Shown here: piece after piece, positions 12,200-25,369 of the stretch
Layout of the letters: each line of letters begins with the position of its first letter
Numbering within the stretch: position 1 is the first letter of the stretch
Assembly: GCF_036321535.1 (NCBI RefSeq)
Contig: NC_087436.1
Location: 88,786,001-88,850,000 of the forward strand
Reading direction: 5' to 3'
Source: Camelus dromedarius
Lineage: Eukaryota
Length of the DNA stretch: 64,000 nucleotides
The notes under the pieces: generated by a model
The model's input: only the letters and a program-made list of their open reading frames with translations
Told to the model about the DNA's origin: nothing
The model's database searches: none
Translations under genes and position numbers: made by a program

Positions 12200-15100
12200 T
12201 TTTTTTTTTTTCTTTCTTTGTTTGTCTTCTAGATTGTAATGCTTTGAAAACCTATCTACATAATGAAGTTCCATTTGCTCCACAATCTTACCAGTGCTTA
12301 TTATTGTCAGGGTGATATTTATTGTTGTTTTTATGTTACCCATTCTCATAGGTATGTAGAGGTAAATGATTGTGGTTTTAATTTGCATTTCTTTAATGAC
12401 TAGTGATGACTGGCTTTTAACATGCTTATTTGCCATTGGTATACATTCTTCAGTGAAATGTCTGTTCATATCTTTTGCTCATTTATTTCTTGGGTTGTAT
12501 TTCTTATCGTTGAGCTCTGAGAGTTCTTTCTGTGTTCTGGCTGAAAATCTTTTACTGAATATGTGATTTGAAAATATTTTCTCCCAGTCTACACCTGTCT
12601 TTTTATTCTCCTCACATTGTCTTTCACTGAGCAAGCATTTTTAATTTTGATGAAGTCTAATTTATCAATCTTTTTTTGTATAGAACATACATTTGTATCA
12701 TATAAGAACATTTTCCCTTATTTATGTGCACGAAGATTTTCTCCTATAATTTCTCCTGAGACTTTTATCTTTTCATTTTATTATGATCTATGGTGAGTTG
12801 AAGTTTTACATCAAGCGTGAGGTATAGGTCAAGTGTTATTTCTTTCTTTTTGAAAATGAATGTCCAGCTTTTCCTAGGAGCATTTGTTGAAAAGATTATC
12901 ATTTCCTCAGTAAATTGCTTTTGCACTTTTGTCAGGTTAATTGACCATATTCATGTGGGTCTATTTCTGGACGGACGCTTCAGTTCCATTCATTATGTGT
13001 CTATCCCTTAAGCATAACCATGCAGTTTTGATTATTACAGTTTTACAATAAGCCTTAACATCTGGGTGATGTGAATTTTTCAACTGTTTTCTTGCTTAAA
13101 ATTTATTTTTCAGTACTAGTACTTTGCCTTTTTGTATAAATTTTAGAATCAGGTTGTCAAAAAAATCCTGCCAAGTTTTGATTGGAATTTGTTTAAAGCT
13201 ATAGGTCAGAGTGGAAAGTTGTCATTGTGATGTCTTAATCACACTGAATCTTTTAAATGATGGACTTGGTTCATCTCTCCATTTATTAGCTCTTCCTTGA
13301 TTCTTTTATCAACATTTTGTAATTTTTATTATATAGATCTTGTACATATTTTGTTAGATACTTTTAGAGCTATTGTAAAAGATATTGTTTTAGAATATTG
13401 GTTTCCTATTGTTCATTGCTTGTTATGGTAAACAGAATTATAATCTCCAATACCCTGATGTACTCATTACACTTGTATAATCTCCCTACCTTTGAATGGG
13501 GGTGTGAACTATGAGTATGATGGGAGAGTTACTATTGTGATTAGGTTACCTTCTATGTCACAGTCAACTTGAAGAAAGGTAGAGCATCCATGGTAGGGTT
13601 ACCATAGTCAGGTGAGCCCTTAAACTCTCTACTTGATTTCCTGAGGGTTTTTGTCCTGAACAATGTTGAATTTTATCAAATGCTTCTCCTGCATCTATTA
13701 TTTTGATCATGCAGTTTTTCTTTGGTTTGTTAACCTGGTGATCACATTTATTATATTTTGGATGTTGAAATAGCCTTGCTTCCCAGGATAAATCCCACTT
13801 GGTTGGTTATTTTGTGTCTAGGTATGATTTTCCTTGAGTTTATTCTGTTTGGATCTGCTGAGCTTCTAAAGTCTAAATTTATATCATTAATTATATTTAG
13901 GAAGTTTTAGTCATTAATTTTTCAATTTTATTTTCTGTACAAGTGTTTCTCTTTTCCTTCTTGGATTTTAGTGACATTTTATAGTACCCAGCAGGTGCCT
14001 GAACTTATGTTCATTTTTTTTTCAATCTTTTTCTCTCTTGTTCAGGTTGGATGATTTCTGTTAATCTATATTCAAGTTCACTGACTCTTTCCACTGTCGT
14101 CTCTGTTCTGAAATTCTGTGGCTCTTAAAAAAACTTAGTTATTGTATTCTTTAGTTCTAAAATTTCTGCTTGATTTTTTCCATGAAGCTGTTATTTCTTT
14201 TCTGAGAACTTGTGTCCTTCCATTCATTTCAAGCCTGTTGACCATTACTTCATGGAGCACGTGTGTAATAGCTGCCTTAAGGGCTTTGTGAGTGAAAATA
14301 CTGCAACCATATCACTAAACAAAGAATGTTGAAACCAAGTCATCAGTGGCTGCTGCCACCCCCCAGTGGGGACAGGCCTGCAGCCCAGCCTCTGCAGCCA
14401 CTCACAGTGGTGCCCTCTGAGCAGATTCAGAATAAGAAAGGACAGGACACTGGCCCTAGATAGCTAGGTGCTTGTCAAAGGAATGAATTCAATGAGCCCA
14501 AATGTTTGCTTCCTCCCATACTTAGAAAAGTACTAAATTCTTTAATTTGAAATGCATGGTTTTCTTTAGATAACAAGTAATCCTTTATTGTTCCAACTAC
14601 CTGGTCTTTGTTGTAAAGCTCCTATATATCCTAGCTCCTCCCCTACCTCTTTGGAGCAGTCCCTCAGAGTGATCTGAGAGGCTGTCATCCCGGCTTGAGT
14701 CCTCCTGCCAAATAAAACATAACTGTTAACTTTTAGGTTGCGCATTTATTTCAGTCGACAGCTTTATCAAGTAATTCTATCTGCATCATCTCAGGGTTGG
14801 TGTCTATTGATGGTATTTTCATTTAAGGGTGCTGAGAATGTCCTGTTTTTTAGTTTGTTAACTAATTTTGGATTACAGACTGAGCATTTTGAAGATATTA
14901 TGAGATTCTGGGCCCTGTTAAAATTCTCTGGAGAAAGTTGATTTTTGTTTATGTGTTTGTTGTTTCATAGTCAGTTGACCCAGTTGGGCTCTAGTCATAA
15001 GTCCCATTCTACCTTCTGTGGGCTTTGATTTCAATGTCAGTTTAGTTTTCAAAGACTATGTAGTGCTGTTTGGATCCTCCCAACATATGTGACTTCCATG

Positions 15101-15830
15101 GACCAGTCTTGTACCTGGGCCATGACCTACATTGCAGTTTACTTCTCAAAGCCCTTGGTATTATATTTCAATTTATTTTCATGGATGCACTCTTGGGGAA
15201 TAAGCTCAGGACTTCATACACAGCTCCATCATGTCTTTCCTCTTTGTGATCTCCCTGAGACTCCCTGGCTCCCAGGGACCCTTCCTCCTGGTCCTTTTTG
15301 AAACAGGTATAATTTCAGCATCCTTTCATGGTCATAACTACCTCTGGGGCAAATAGGCATCCTAGGCTACTGCTGCTCCCCTGGTGGCAAGAGTAGAACT
15401 TTAGGACTGGGACCACCTTCCAGAGGAGGATCAAGAGAGAAAAGAGCTCTGGAAATTTCCCCCCGTCCCTTTGCCAGGGCCCCTCCCTCCCATTTCTCTG
15501 ACCAGGGAGAGAGTTTCTCTTGGCCATTCCTGCTACATGATTTTGCAGCTCTGGATCTGTATTGGGAAATATGGGTAGAAAAAGAAAAACACAGAAAACT
15601 CACTTTGTTATTAGTCTTTTTTAAAAATTGAGGTATAATTGCAATATAGCATCATATTTATTTCAAGTGCACAATATAACGATCAATATTTGTATGTCTT
15701 TTTCAACTATTGATTTTCCTCATCAATCTGCCTACTATTCTTTCATTTTCAGGTGCCATAGATAGTTGCTTTATATGTTCTGTTCACAATTTTCAGTTAT
15801 GATCAGAGGGGGAGATGAGGTAGAATAGTC
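12200..15830 (-). mobile_element. Old, fragmented LINE-1 block with nested insertions
   Basis: Antisense L1 ORF2 motifs (ORF 12185-12469 MNRHFTEECIPMANKHVK..IKEMQIKTT); interrupted by a MaLR-like piece at about 13435-13625, an LTR at 14287-14760 and a short L1 3' end at about 15620-15695. Confidence 0.75.
14287..14760 (+). mobile_element. ERV1-class solo LTR
   Basis: TG...CA termini; 4-bp TSD GCTT at 14283-14286 and 14761-14764; TATA-like cctatatatcc near 14621 and AATAAA near 14711. Confidence 0.85.
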
Positions 15831-16935
15831 TTATTCTATCTTTACTGGAACCAGAAGCTTAGAATCTCCCTTTTTACTTCTAATTTTAAGATACATATTT
15901 AGGTAGATGGACAGACAGACAAAACCCAGTGCCTAATAATTTGCTGCCTGAAGGAAATGGATGCCCTTGCCTATGGTGTATCTTTGTGCTCTTTTGACTT
16001 TGCCCTTCAAGGGGTTTCCTTAGGAACAGTATATTCTCTGACATTTGGAGGATGAGGATGCAAGATAGCTAAATGGAGGACACTTTGAATTGTCTGTATG
16101 TTTGGAACTCCAGATATTTCACACTGTAGGGTTATACAGCATAGCAGGTTCGGAACAGATAGGTAAGAGGCATGCTTTTCTTTCACCAGTTGGAAAAAAG
16201 GACTTTGTGAAAGGGAAGGTAGGAAAAGGGAAATGGATGACTTCACCCTCGCATGTGGCCTCAAGTAAAGGCAATTATAGAAGACAGGGCAATTGAGGAT
16301 ATGGAAGTCGATTCCCTTAAGACTCTCTCTGCCTGTATGTACCCTTGGAAAGTCTTTGCTTACCCTCAGGAAAAGACATTCCACACTTAGAAGATGGCTA
16401 TTGTAGAATCAAACAGACCTGGCTGTTATCCTGGTTCTACTTCTTCAGTGATAATCTAAAGTTGAAAACAGACACATATAGTATAAAAATGAATCACAAG
16501 CGACAGAAATGCATATGCACATATACAAGTTATTACGTTAACATATGCAATGAGAATCAAGAACAGAAAAGTGCTGAGCAATTGTGAAGATGAAATCGTT
16601 AGAATCTGATGGGGCTAGTCTGTGGAAATGGCAGTCTGATAGAGATTTGTAGAAGGGAAGTCAATTACTTTTAAGTTAAGCTTCTCTTGAGTGACTATGG
16701 TAAGGCAGTTACAGAATTAAATAGGAAAAAAAAAAAAAACCCAGAAGATATGGTGGTCAGACTTTCCAATCCAAACAATAGTGTCTTAATAATAGTGTTT
16801 AATAATAATAGTTACAACACTAATGATATATAATGCTTCCTGAGCATTTATTATATACTAAGTGCTGTGTTAAGTATTTCAGAGACATTTTTAAATTTAT
16901 TGCTCACAGCAGCACTGTGAAGATTATGGTTATTC

Positions 16936-17140
16936 TTCTTTCTTTCTTTCTTTTTTAATTGAGGTGTAGTCAGTTACATTGTGCCAGTTTCTGGTGTACA
17001 GCATAATGTCCCAGTCATGCATCTACATATGTATATTCATTCTCATATTCTTTTTCATTAAAGGTTATTACATTGTATATAGTTCCCTGTGCTATACCAA
17101 AGAAATATTTTTTTTGTGTATTTTTACATATAGTGGTTAA
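16936..17140 (-). mobile_element. Short LINE-1 3' end
   Basis: T-rich tail then aattgaggtgtagtcagttacattgtgccagtttctggtgtacagcataat...gttccctgtgctata. Confidence 0.8.
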
Positions 17141-18247
17141 TGTTTGTGTCCACCCCTAATTTGTATGTTGGAACTCAGTCCCAATGGAACAGCATTAGGA
17201 TGTGGAAACTTTGGGAGGTAATTAGGTTTAGATGAGGTTGTGGGGATGGACCTCATGATGGGATTAGGGTCCTTTTTTCTTTTTTTCTGAAAAAAATGAA
17301 AAAAGAAAAAAAAAGCAATAGTATTTATTAGTATTTAGAGAACTGTAGCAAACCCCAGAGAAGTAAGCGTGTCCGTTTAAGAAAAGGGGCTTGTATCCAG
17401 AAGGAAATCTACTTCAGGATGACACCTGCACCCCAATGTTCATAGCAGCACTAGTTACAATAGCCAAAACATGGAAACAGCCTAAATGTCCATCAACAGG
17501 TGACTAGATAAAGAAGATGTGGTATATTTATACAATGGAATACTACTCAGCCATAAAAACCGACAACATAATGCCATTTGCAGCAACATGGATGCTCCTG
17601 GAAAATGTCATTCTAAGTGAAGTAAGCCAGAAAGAGAAAGAAAAATACCATATGAGATCGCTCATATGTAGAATCTAAAAAACAAAAACAAAAACAAACA
17701 AACAAACAGAAACAAAGCGTAAATAAAGGACAGAAATAGACTCACAGACAGAGAATACAGACTTGTGGTTACCAGGGGGGTGGAGGGTGGGAAGGGATAG
17801 ACTGGGATTTCAAAATTGTAGAATAGACTACACTGTATAGCACAGGGAAATATACACAAAATGTTATGATAACTCACAGAGAAAAAAACGTGACAATGAG
17901 TGTGAATATGTCCATGAATAACTGAAAAATTGTGCTGAACACTGGAATTTGACACAACATTGTAAAATGATTATAAATCAATAAAAAAATGTTAAAAAAA
18001 AAAAAGGCTGAAAACATTAAAAAAAAAAAAAAAAAAAGAAAAGAAAAGAGCCCAGAGCTGGTTCTCTCTGTGTGTGCACAGGCCAAGGGAGGCCACGTGA
18101 GGACATAACCGGGGGGAGGGGCCTCACCAGAAATCTGACTGTCCTGGCACCCTGATCTTGGGCTTTTGGAACCGTGAGAAATAAATATTTGTTGTTTAAG
18201 CAACCCAGTCTGTGGTATGGTCATGGCCATGTTAACAGACCAAGACA
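17141..18247 (+). mobile_element. MaLR LTR (MLT1A-like), split by insertions at 17273-18040
   Basis: 5' half tgtttgtgtcc...tttgggaggtaattaggtttagatgagg...gatgggattag; 3' half aagagcccagag...ggcaccctgatcttgg...gtgagaaataaat...caagaca. Confidence 0.85.
17387..18040 (+). mobile_element. Young 5'-truncated LINE-1 (ORF2 C-terminus, 3'UTR, poly-A)
   Basis: Frame from 17388 reads GLYPEGNLLQDDTCTPMFIAALVTIAKTWKQPKCPSTGD*IKKMWYIYTMEYYSAIKTDNIMPFAATWMLLENVILSEVSQKEKEKYHMRSLICRI* (one premature stop, no frameshift); TSD aagaaaag at 17379-17386 and 18041-18048 at a TTT/AAGA site. Confidence 0.93.
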
Positions 18248-20175
18248 TTTCCCGGTGGGATGATAAGGGAACTGGTGCTTGGCAAGGTTCAGTCACTTGC
18301 TCAAGTGTATAGAAGTGGGACTCGGCAGAGCGCTGGTTTGAACTCACTTGAATCTACACCTGCCAGGAGTTCAAAGACCTAGGATGTCACTGTTTATAAA
18401 ACACAGCACACCAATTTTAAAAGGAGAAAAGAGGCTTACTGTGTGCATTAATAGCATTCAAAATTAGCACCAAATGACAGTGCTGTGTACAAAGGCCACT
18501 TACTTAAAAATCATTCCTTGCAAGCGCTTAGACTAGTTTAAAGATTAGACCTATAGCATTCAGCCCACAAAGGAAGGAAAGGGTTTATTTTATACAAAAA
18601 GTACATGTTGTGTAGGGAACTTTGCAAGTATATGCGCATGTATGGGTAGACATACATGTATATGTTATAAAGCGCAGGATTCTGTATGTAAAGCAAGTAT
18701 CGGTCCTTAACCTTATCATTTGTGATTAGGTGAGCAGTGGTTACCTGAACACACCCCACTCAGCTTCTCTCTCTTTTCTTCTTCATGGGAATGTGCCTAA
18801 CTTTTTTCTTCATGATTGGCAATTTGAATAAATCTCAACAAAGGACAATAAAGTGGTTATTTGGTTTAGAACTGCTGATATTGACCTGGTAAGGAGAAGT
18901 TTAGAGTTTTGCTCTCAGTCTCCTTGGACAGATGTCAGAAATGTGTGACTTAATTTAGGCGAAGGCTTTGCACTGAAAATAAGTCTGCCTGCTGGCAGTC
19001 TTCTAATTGAAGTAAACATGAAATGTTCAGATCTGCCTGGTATAGAATAGTAGTGATAAAAATAAATGAGCCTTGAAGTATTTTTAATTCATGAAGTCTT
19101 ATTCCACCAGTCAAATGCAAATGTAGACATGAAGGTAGGGACCTTTTATTTATTTCTGTTAGTGTAGCACAGTTTTGCTATTTTTATGACGGAAAGCACT
19201 GCAAGTTGATTTGACTAGAGACTTGATACAAAGTAAGACGCAAGGCCACGCAGTTCCAAGCAAGAAAGCAACATCTATTCTTTAGAATCTGGTTGCACTA
19301 ATACCAACTCAAACGCAGAGGACAGAATGTTCTAGATGAAATGTAAGATTCAGCACTTAAAAATCTTGAGACTCTTTGACGCGTTACTTTTGTCCACTCA
19401 GTAGCATGTAGGAGGCCCGTAAGAGTGAATGTTTTCTGAAATTGGTTAATACACCCAGCCAGTGGCCCCACAGGACCTGGCTTTTTACTCCATAGGATTT
19501 TGTGAAATATTATTCTTTGGGGTTGCTAAGCTGTTTCTAATTTTCCCAATTTGGATTTCAGAAGACTCCCTGCTAAGTATAATTTTGGAATAGAGGATTT
19601 ATATGGGATAAAATCTGAAGACCAGAAAGCTTCTTGCTTAACTGTGAAACTTAACAGCCAAGAATTAGCATTTGAACATTGTACCAAAACAAACAGCATT
19701 TTGTTGTTCTGATAGAAAACAAGCTGTTCATTGGATTTAATACCTTTGTTTAGAAGAACGAATTACTAGAAAAATTGAACTAAAGGGAAATAATTTTTAT
19801 GTTCTTTTCTGGGAACTCAGCTTAGAGACATACATTCACGTCTTCATTCGGCAGCAACAGAGTAGCAACTCTGTGCCAATCATGCGTTCAGCAAAGGTGT
19901 ATGGAGGACCTACTGTGTGCTGGGATGTTTCAGGTGCTGGGGATTTAGGGGCAAATACGACAGACAGAGTCCCTGTTCTGAAGAACTCACACATTGGAGA
20001 TTTCATGATCTTCCGTGGAGAGAAGAAGGCAGAAGGAATGATAACAAGCAAGCGTTTGGTTGGGAAGAGGGAGAAGGTGGTGGTTGTACCACCTGTCAAA
20101 GTAGAAGCCACAGGGAAGAGAAGAGTTGGAGAGAAAGAACTATGTAGACTTGTGAGTTTCCTGGCTGTGTCGTTG

Positions 20176-20789
20176 TGTTAGCGGATAGTGAGACCCCCCC
20201 TAAATTAGGAAGCCCATCAAAGTGTGTGTCCTTGCCGCTGGCCATGAAAGAATTTGCACAGCAGAGCCTGAGGGACTAAGAAAACAGCCGCTTTATTGCT
20301 CAGAAGGGGAAAAGGAAGGAAAGCGCCTGAGCAGAGAAGGAAAGAAAAGTGCTCGAGTGAGGAAAAGGTGCTGGAACAGGGAGTTGTCAGCCAAGATGGC
20401 CCATAGAGACAGCTCTGACCCGGGTTGGGCTATGTGGATTTTTATGAGCTGCTTCTGCCATCATGCCCTCCTTCTGGGTGTATTGGGAACAATCAGTCCT
20501 TTTTTGGGCTTTTTGGTCCTTGTGTGGGCTTTTCTGTTTGTTGTCATGGCAATCATCAGCTATCATGGGATGAGTGCCTGTGTCATTTAGCAGCTAATAC
20601 ATTACAGTGAGTGTTTAATGAGGCTCAAGGTCCACTGGAAGTCAAATCCTCCACCATCCTGGGCTCAGTTTGGTCTTACCAGTTCTTGTGTCTTCTCATT
20701 GCAGCTGCCTCCTGAGACTTAGATAAGAGTAATTGGTTTCTAGGGAGAGGAGCAGGGATATGATCCTGGGGACAACAGCCTTGGTGACA
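20176..20789 (-). mobile_element. ERV1-class LTR related to the LTR at 276-755
   Basis: TG...CA ends; the block at about 20580-20685 aligns with 581-687 (gtgtcatttagca...attacagtgag...taatgaggctcaaggtc.actg). Confidence 0.7.
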
Positions 20790-21178
20790 AAAAGGAAAGC
20801 GGCTTTTAATCAGAATGCTGACAATCTGGTGGACCCAATGTTCCCCTGAAAAACCATTTCTGAAGATTCTGCTCAGCCATAAACAAGAGGCAGGAGTTGG
20901 GGGTGAGGCTTAGTTCCTGAAGAAGAATTTACAGATACTGTTATTATATTCCTTGAGGAGGAGCCAGATCCCTGCCCCAGGACTGCAATATTGTTTCTTG
21001 ACTATTCCTCCCGTATTTCTACATTCCCTTCCTTCCCTGATTGGTAACTGTTTGAACCTAGCCTTTGGAACTCAGGAAAAGTCAAGCAGGCTGCATGAAG
21101 CCTATTTCCTACCAAAAAGAAATTGGGGACAGAAAGGATTTGTATCAGGGGGCACCCATAGGGACCTGCTCTCTTTCG
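20790..21178 (-). mobile_element. Second ERV1-class LTR portion abutting the previous one
   Basis: ccttccctgattggtaactgtttgaacctagcctttggaactcagg...gcctatttcctacc...gggacctgctctctttc resembles a recalled cetartiodactyl ERV1 LTR. Confidence 0.65.
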
Positions 21179-24100
21179 ATTGGTACCTGAAACTCAAGGA
21201 GAGGTTTGAACTGGGTGAACAAGAGCCTGGGAGTTATTAGTTTATGTATATTGGGCTGAAATCAAAGAGGTGGATGAGCTTATGGAGAGCAAACATGAAG
21301 TGTAGTGGAAGGACACGATAGGAAAGAGAACAGACTTCAGGACATTTAACGGGCAAGTTGCAAAAGCAGGTTTGATGACATCTTTCCTTTTCTGAGACCC
21401 ACAGGTGTTGTGAGAGTGGCTCAATTCACCATTTAACTGTAATCTCCACTTCCGTTCTCTTTCCTTGCTCTGGTCTGGTAGATTATGAAACAGGCAGATG
21501 CCCTACTAGACTTGGGAGAATTGGAGTGGAGTCCCCCCGGGAACTCTGGAAAATTGTTTATTAAAAATGCGATTCACTGTATTCTGTATGAAGATAGAAA
21601 GCATGTATAAATAAACATAGTTTGGTTTAAAAATTAGATTTTATTGGTTTATGGCTCAGGTTAGGTTGCAATGACACTGTCATCTGTTCAAAACAAGATT
21701 CCTGTAAGTAATAATAATAGCTGACTTATTGCAGGCATGCTGGGTGCCAGTGACTGTGTTAAGTGCTTTATAGCACTGTCTCCTTTAAGCTTCTGCACAA
21801 CATAATGGGTATATACTATTACGATTTTTATTTCTATATTTTACTAGTATCCTTATAGATAAGGATGCAGACGCTTATCATTTCAGCATATTTCCTGACA
21901 AAATAACCTTGATACTCAGTATGTTTTTGAAGGAGAGAATGAATGAAGATGCTTTTAGCAGTGAAGAAAGTAATTTGAAGGGAAGGGAATTAATCGAGCC
22001 TTTTGCATTGCCACCCAGAGTCTCATTAGGATTAGTATTATGAGCAAGAAAATAAGCAAGCTGATAGCAACATTTATTGCAGAAAGGAGAATGGACTTTG
22101 AGAAGCTAAGTCTAATGAGGTAAGTGATTCGTGTCACTGATGTTGTGTGTTCATTTTGGCATTTGGCGCCAAGTCAGATGCCCAAAGGCAGTTCTGCCTG
22201 GCTGGCTGAAATCTGGTCTATTTTTATTTCTCCTTGGGATGCTGTGCTCTTTTGCAGCCCAGTTACCCCTCCCTATCCTGTCTCTGTTCCTCCTTCTCAG
22301 CTCATTGCCAGTTTATCACTTTCATGGTGTGATATGGGGCTGTCTGTGTCTGTTCCTCTCATATCTAATACTTAACCTTCCAGATTTCCTCCAGTCCTGG
22401 CATGGTCTCAGAAATGATACCAGCTGAAATTCCTACCACCAGCAATCATAAAATGTAATAGGGTATCTCTTTTTTTCTTATATTTAAATGTGATGCAGAT
22501 GCTTTATTTTTTATTCTGTGTCATTCCTCATATCGGTCTGATAGATTGAACATGAATGACTCAAATACGGGAGAAATTTGTCACTGGGATCGTGGTCCCA
22601 ATTTCTTTTGCACAGGGCAGATGTCATTCGATTTCAGAATAAAAACAAGGAAACAAAAACAGTTAGTTGGTCATTTAACCTAACAAGTTTAATTTTAGGT
22701 TTAATTTTGAGGGAAGAAGTAGGTTGTTGAAAGCGACCTGAGCCTGCTGGGAAGTCTGAGAGATAGACTGGATGAAGGATGGAGCCTGTGCCTGAAAGGC
22801 CTGAATGAAGGATTTCTTGGCTGGAAGAATACAGACTGGTTAGAGAGGAAATGAAAGCTGGGAAAACTGGAGGGGGCCTTTGAAGTTGAGAATGAGGAGT
22901 CTGCAGTTGATAAGGAGAACAATAGTGAGGCCATTGGCGGGGAGGGGTGACCTGGTCAAAGCCATGGGTGAGAAAAAACATGTTTTACCAACTGGTAAAA
23001 TTGAATATGTACCGGTTTTGCATGCCTGAGTCGTTTGTGAGAGCCATTGTTGTTGCTGTGAAAAACCCTGAAGGACATTACAATGGAAAATAAATGAGAA
23101 AAATCCATGGTTCGGAGATTTCTGAGTTTTGACACAAAAGGTCACTTTGCCTTTAGGCAAACTAAACACAACTTCTCTTCTCCTGGGGCAGGCATCTCTT
23201 TGGTCTTGCCCATTTGATTTTTGTAAAATTTTTAAAAGTTTGCTTTAGCTGCCATTTTCATAGTATTATTTCCACAGAAATTTTGTTTCTAACATCAGTT
23301 ACAACTAATAGGTATTTCTCTACTTTTCGTTGTAGAGAATATATTCTCTCTCTAGTTTTCCCAACACATTCTTCTTTCAGTTAACATTTTATCTCTAACA
23401 AGTGTGAAAGTGGCTTATTTTTATTTACTTTTTAGTAGTATTTGTAAAGCATGAACATTTTTGTGTGATAATTGAAGCTTTTTTTTTAAGCTGATGCACG
23501 TAGTAAGATGCCTATTATTTATATAGAAAAACTGAAGCTTTTCTCATAGCTATGATCATATGAGTAGAAAAAGGAACTATATATATTCATATATATATAT
23601 ATATATAGGAATGAAAAATACTATTCTGTGTGAGTTAACATTGTGTTGGACTATGATCCTTTATATTTGAAGTTAAAATTTTCCTCGCTATGTGCAGAAA
23701 AAGGTATAGGAAGTGACACCGGACTGTGATACTCAGGCAACAGCTCTAATTGTGTTTCTGACAGAGAGCAAAGGTGTTTACATGCTTTTCAGCTGACATC
23801 ACCGTGATGACTCAGAACCTTTTGAGTTGCAGAAGTTGTATACATAAAGTATTCATAGTTATAAGCCAATCTCTTGTTGATTGATATGGCTTTGATTTAT
23901 GCCTTTCTTCTTCCAAAATCACACTGTGATACTGAAGTCTAGGTGTGTGAAAGCCCAAGGGTAAATCAAACATTGGGACCTCACAGTTGTTTGCATGAAG
24001 CACTGAATCCTCTGAATGAGTCGCCATGTAAACTGAACAGATGCTGGGAGCCAGTTGGCACAATGTAATGAACCTCATTCTCATAGTACATCATCGAGTT

Positions 24101-25145
24101 ACTCGTTAGTGCCTCCAAGGGTAGATGTGCTTTTCAAACAACCAATTTACTGCTAGGGAGCAACATAAACATTAGGGAAAATAGAGTACTACATTTAGTT
24201 CAATTGAGTATGTCAAATGACAATCTCAATAGCTTTCCTAAAATTCAGATGTTAACAAGTCTTCTACTTTCCTTTCTCTTCAGGAAGGATACCTTATACC
24301 AAACAGATGGAGAGCTTTGACTTCTCTCAAAGGCTCCCCAGAGGAAGCTTGAACAGTATTCCTTGGCAAACCCTTTCCAATCTGTCATACTTCTTAGGAA
24401 CAGGAAATTTGCCCCTGCCTCATATTGCAGCATTTTTTTTTGCATTAGCCCCTAATGGAGAAGAAAAGGCATTTGTGTACCTTTCTCCATGAGCTCTCTC
24501 TTTATAACCCTAAAGAATATTATGCAGATTATGGTCATGGAACCAGTATCACCAGGAGGTCCTGATGCAAGGCCAGATACACTTCGGGTGTGTTCTTGTT
24601 TCTGGGAGATTATTCCTGGTTCCATGATCGTACTCGGATTCTGATATTAAGGATGTTCCCTTGGTGAGGTGGGGATGTGTTTTCAGTGTGTGGTAATAGG
24701 TAGATTTTGTTGGCAACATTTACTTATTTCTTCAGGTTAGGATACTTTGCCTTTGCCCCTAGTGTCCTGTGCTTTAGTTATTCTAACTGAAATAAATTAT
24801 ATCATTTAATGTTTACTATTATTTTAATTCTTTTCACAGATCTTATTTAGCCAAGATAATTTAAAATTCCAATTCTCAGAGAATCTTCCTGTTTCCTTAG
24901 AGTTTCCTTCTTGCGTTATCCCAATTATTACTAAAGAATATAGTGATATTAAGGCCAGGATTAATCCTTATCAAAAATTATTTTAAAATATTAGTCACAA
25001 TACAACAATAAAAAATATATAATCAATCTTCAGAGTTCTCTTATTGTTATCCAGTTTTTTTTACTGTATTGATAATAGATTTATTGCTTTGAAATTATAC
25101 TCATCATTTTCCTTAGCTAAAGGGTCTGTCAACTGGTTCCAGATC

Positions 25146-25369
25146 AGGATCAGCAAATTCGTCTTGGTCCATGAGCCAAATGCAGCCTGTCACCTGTTTT
25201 GTAAATAAAGTTTTATTGAGACACACCATGCCCTTTCATTTAGGTGTTACCTATGACTGCTTTTGCTCTACAGTGGCATAGCTGAAGGGTTGTAACAGAG
25301 ACTGTGTGCATTGCTAAGCCTAAAAAATTCACTATCTGGCCCTTTATAGAAGAAGTTTGCCAACCTCTG
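25146..25369 (+). mobile_element. MER58A-like hAT-Charlie DNA transposon
   Basis: caggatcagcaaa...cctgttttgtaaataaagttttattg...ctatctggccctttatagaagaagtttgccaacctctg; TIRs visible. Confidence 0.85.

Larger units (their letters stand above)
16800..18350 (-). mobile_element. MIR host element split by nested MLT1A and L1 insertions
   Basis: MIR halves at about 16800-16935 (gagcattt...aagtgctgtgttaagt) and 18248-18350 (gatgataagggaactgg...acttgctcaag...ggcagagcgctggtttgaac). Confidence 0.7.
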
